From: a virus
Length of the DNA stretch: 64,000 nt
Reading direction: 5' to 3' (one strand)
Virus record (IMG/VR): IMGVR_UViG_3300037502_001322
Location: 39,676-103,675 of that record
Made by a program: the position numbers and the translations under genes. The notes below the pieces were generated by a model. That model was not told where the DNA came from. It ran no database searches and was given only the letters and a program-made list of their open reading frames with translations. Shown in pieces: positions 61,170 to 64,000 of the stretch. Position 1 is the first letter of the stretch. Every line of letters begins with the position of its first letter.

Positions 61170-61715
61170 CTAAACTAACACGTTGATTTTGTTCAACAAT
61201 TCAACATCAAGCCAGCCCGGCGCTTTCTGATGAAATTGTACTTTGATCGGCTTGTCCCTTGATAGCCACTCTTTGAACTTGTAATTTAGGTATCTCTGAT
61301 ATGCCAATGGTGCCTTGAAAGGATCGAAAACAGCCAACGCTTTGAACTGGTCTGGTGCTGCTACTGGGGGAGGAACAAAATCAACGTCCTTGATATGCTT
61401 GGGTAACGTCTGTAAACGTTCGAAAGTTGAGTGTGAACCGTGAACCTTGCCTGTGCGTTCACTGTAAAGCCTCAGAAGCTCGCCAGTGCAATCTAACAAC
61501 CATTCATAATGATATACACTCGAACGGCACCAGACTGTAGACGGATGCAAATGATGAGTTTTCTTGTATATCCCATCAATAGCCTGATCGCCATCTAAAA
61601 CGTGATGGGCGGTGGATAAGAGTTGGCAATGTTCTATGATCATTTTGTTCTGTAAAACCAGGCAATGATCACGGGCAGTCAAAAGAGGATTGTCGTTTGT
61701 GTAAAAGATATTCAT
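61170..61715 (-). CDS. Pyrimidine-dimer DNA glycosylase / endonuclease V family
   Basis: MNIF....P...A..HC....KM..E..QLLSTAH..Y..TH..HP..W.R.S...Y.WL. Confidence 0.8.
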   Translation of the reverse strand: MNIFYTNDNPLLTARDHCLVLQNKMIIEHCQLLSTAHHVLDGDQAIDGIYKKTHHLHPSTVWCRSSVYHYEWLLDCTGELLRLYSERTGKVHGSHSTFERLQTLPKHIKDVDFVPPPVAAPDQFKALAVFDPFKAPLAYQRYLNYKFKEWLSRDKPIKVQFHQKAPGWLDVELLNKINVLV

Positions 61716-61793
61716 ATTAGATAATCCTAGAGATAAAGAAAACGATCTGAAATAGCCTATAAAACATAAGACTATAACAGATCGTTAATATAA

Positions 61794-63501
61794 TCAAGAA
61801 TTTTTAGATAATAAAGACACACTTTCACCTGATTGTATAAAATACGCTCTCTGATAAAATGTAAAACTCTGATTATTGAAATTATCAAGGTTTAACCATT
61901 GGTCTTTTTCTTGTTTCATTTGAATAACATATTCAGTTAATTCGTTAACTCGTACTTTTCCCGATAAAGCCTCCTCAATACAATCTTGACAATTATCAGC
62001 AAACCATAATGCAGTTTTCTTCAACGTTTCTTTAGTCAAAATAACATCTTTTCCGTAAACTTTTAAAGTGATCATAATGTTACCTTTTATTAGTCTTGTT
62101 TAACTTTTATTTGATAACCTTCACGGCAAAGCGTAACTTCTTTAAACTGTTTCGGGCTTGTCGCTTTACTCTCTAATACCTTAGCAAATGAACCTCTTAT
62201 ACCGTAGGAAATAACCCAACCACGATAACCTTTATATTGCTTTTTCATTTCAACAGTTGCCAGCTTATTCCCATAACTTACACCCAAAACAAAACCATAG
62301 TAACAGCTTTTAGAGTAAATATCGATCAGATCTTGAGCTGAATTAAAGTCATGTTCTATGACTCTATGCACGTTTATGGTTGTCATGTTATTACCCTTTA
62401 CAGTTTGTTAAATGTTAGACCGTTTTCCTTAAGGAATGGCGCTATAAAGTGAATAATAATATTCTATAACGCCATATTTTAAAGATCAACAATTATTATT
62501 CTCTACAATCCACATATAATCAACACCATGCCGCTCATGCTCGAAATAAATACGACATTTCTTTAATGAACCTTTCTTCTTGTATCCCGTATTTTTATAG
62601 ATATTTACCATAGACTTAACATCTTCTCTGACTCTTTTCAAAGCCTCTCTTTTTGTTTTATAAAATTGTTGACAAGGTACAGAACATTTTCCGTAAAAAG
62701 TAACAACATAACTCATAACATATATCTCCAATTTAAAGATCAAATTATTTTAAAGGTTAAAACCGGAGTAAGTTACATTAACGCCGTTTTCATCGTATTC
62801 CTGTAAATTTTGCATAATGTAATTTATAAGATAGCGATCATCTGTTTTAATCTTACAAAGAAGGTCATTCATTCTTTTAACTTCTCCTTTTCTCCTTGGT
62901 TTTAAGTTTGTGATATAAGCGTTTAAACTTAAACCTTCTTTATCTCTATAACTTTTCAGGATTTCACGGGAAAACTTGATCCGCTCCTCTTTTAAAACTC
63001 TCTTTTGGGTAATCATGTCAAGCTGGAAAAGATGGAACCTTTCTTTTTCTTTTAAAAAGATCAAGTAATCTGAATTATGGTATTTACAATAAACTGTTTT
63101 CATTTCTTTTAGTAAATTTTCAATGCTCATAAATCACCTCTATGTTGTCGGGTTTTCCTTAACAAGTGAGCCTATTATAAAGGCTCACCCAGTAAAGATC
63201 AACTGTTATTTTGAATCTCTAAAGCGAATTGCACACAAAGGCTGGCTTTAGGATAACGACTGGCCGGCCATGGTTCTTGACATTTCAGATCCTTATGCGA
63301 AGGGTAACAATAAAAATCACCCGGCCCATATTTGCGAACTGTAAACGTTGTTTGTTCTGCCAGTTCGTTAACCTTGTCAAACAGCGCCGGATCTTGTTTG
63401 ATCATGTCTTTCATGACTTTTGTGCAAACTTTAGGATCTGCTACACGTTGCGAATTCATGGCTTTTGCGTGTTTCTGGTATGATTCTTTAACGTTGAACA
63501 T
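61794..63501 (-). CDS. Early hypothetical genes (61794-62075, 62090-62386, 62486-62743, 62750-63130, 63199-63501)
   Basis: Minus-strand ORFs with AGGT/GGAG SD and interspersed promoters. Confidence 0.55.
63151..63211 (-). promoter_or_regulatory. Repeated early promoter with -10 in a hairpin loop (copy 2)
   Basis: TTGATC-17-TATAAT; perfect GTGAGCCT/AGGCTCAC arms. Confidence 0.75.
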
Positions 63502-63591
63502 AAATCACCTTTTTGTTGTTGGTTTGTCTCTTAATCTGTGTTCATTATAAGGGACGTTTCGCCGTCCCGTCAACAATTATTTTAAAGTATT

Positions 63592-63753
63592 TTAAATGAT
63601 TTTTCCTTCTGTCATTGTGCGGTTTGTTTGCAAGTATTCTTTCACCCCTTGCACAGCTTGATCATAATCCTTTGCCTTATAATCGATCCATTTTGTGCGC
63701 CATTCATTAGTGTGAACATCAACAAAACCGATCTTGAAGGTGAAAGTCTGCAT
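63592..63753 (-). CDS. Small early protein (53 aa; not in ORF track)
   Basis: SD AAGGA; MQTFTFKIGFVDVHTNEW.. Confidence 0.5.
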   Translation of the reverse strand: MQTFTFKIGFVDVHTNEWRTKWIDYKAKDYDQAVQGVKEYLQTNRTMTEGKII

Positions 63754-63844
63754 GGTAGTTATCCTTTGTTTACCTTAACTGTATTCAATATAAATCACCT
63801 TTTAAACCCTGTCAACTACTTTTGTTATATGCTTTTAGTAGGGT

Positions 63845-64000
63845 ACAGCCTGGCAAAGCCAGGTGATACTCTGACAGCCTGGCAAAGCCAGGTGATACTC
63901 TGACAGCCTGGCAAAGCCAGGTGATACTCTGACAGCCTGGCAAAGCCAGGTGATACTCTGACAGCCTGGCAAAGCCAGGTGATACTCTGACAGCCTGGCA
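63845..64000. repeat. 29-bp perfect tandem repeat, at least 5.4 copies, truncated by the window edge
   Basis: Unit ACAGCCTGGCAAAGCCAGGTGATACTCTG with internal CCTGGC-AAA-GCCAGG hairpin. Confidence 0.95.

Noticed and set aside
63845-64000. CRISPR array
   Set aside because: Units are contiguous and identical with no spacers; no cas genes in the window.

Overview
A 64-kb segment of an AT-rich lytic myovirus genome. The host is probably a gammaproteobacterium, inferred from the sigma70 promoters and gene content. Layout: (1) 1-22.8 kb, minus strand: start of the tape measure gene, tail chaperone with a -1 frameshift, tube, sheath, neck/adaptor genes, a free-standing zinc-ribbon/GIY-YIG-like endonuclease, major capsid, decoration, scaffold, XkdF-like protease, portal, terminase, three tRNAs, a compact PolA/T7-RNAP-like protein and an XRE regulator. 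(2) 23-55.9 kb, plus strand: DNA and nucleotide metabolism (ligase, exonucleases, RuvC, EndoVII, thyX, nrdAB, grx, phoH, two adenine MTases, two HslV-like peptidases, HNH endonucleases) and many small ORFs. (3) A 2-kb structured non-coding convergence zone. (4) 58-64 kb, minus strand: an early/host-takeover array of short genes with individual promoters, ending in a 29-bp tandem repeat. Main observations: three related ORF-less group IA introns split the major capsid gene (one) and the terminase large subunit gene (two), and their splice sites can be read from the sequence. Eight otherwise unrelated small ORFs share a 21-aa motif (YFxDxxxPTxEExDYFxxx[YH]G, 9 copies) and lie next to the two HslV-like protease genes, suggesting a modular protease-adaptor system (hypothesis). 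All calls come from visual motif recognition; no database searches were run.
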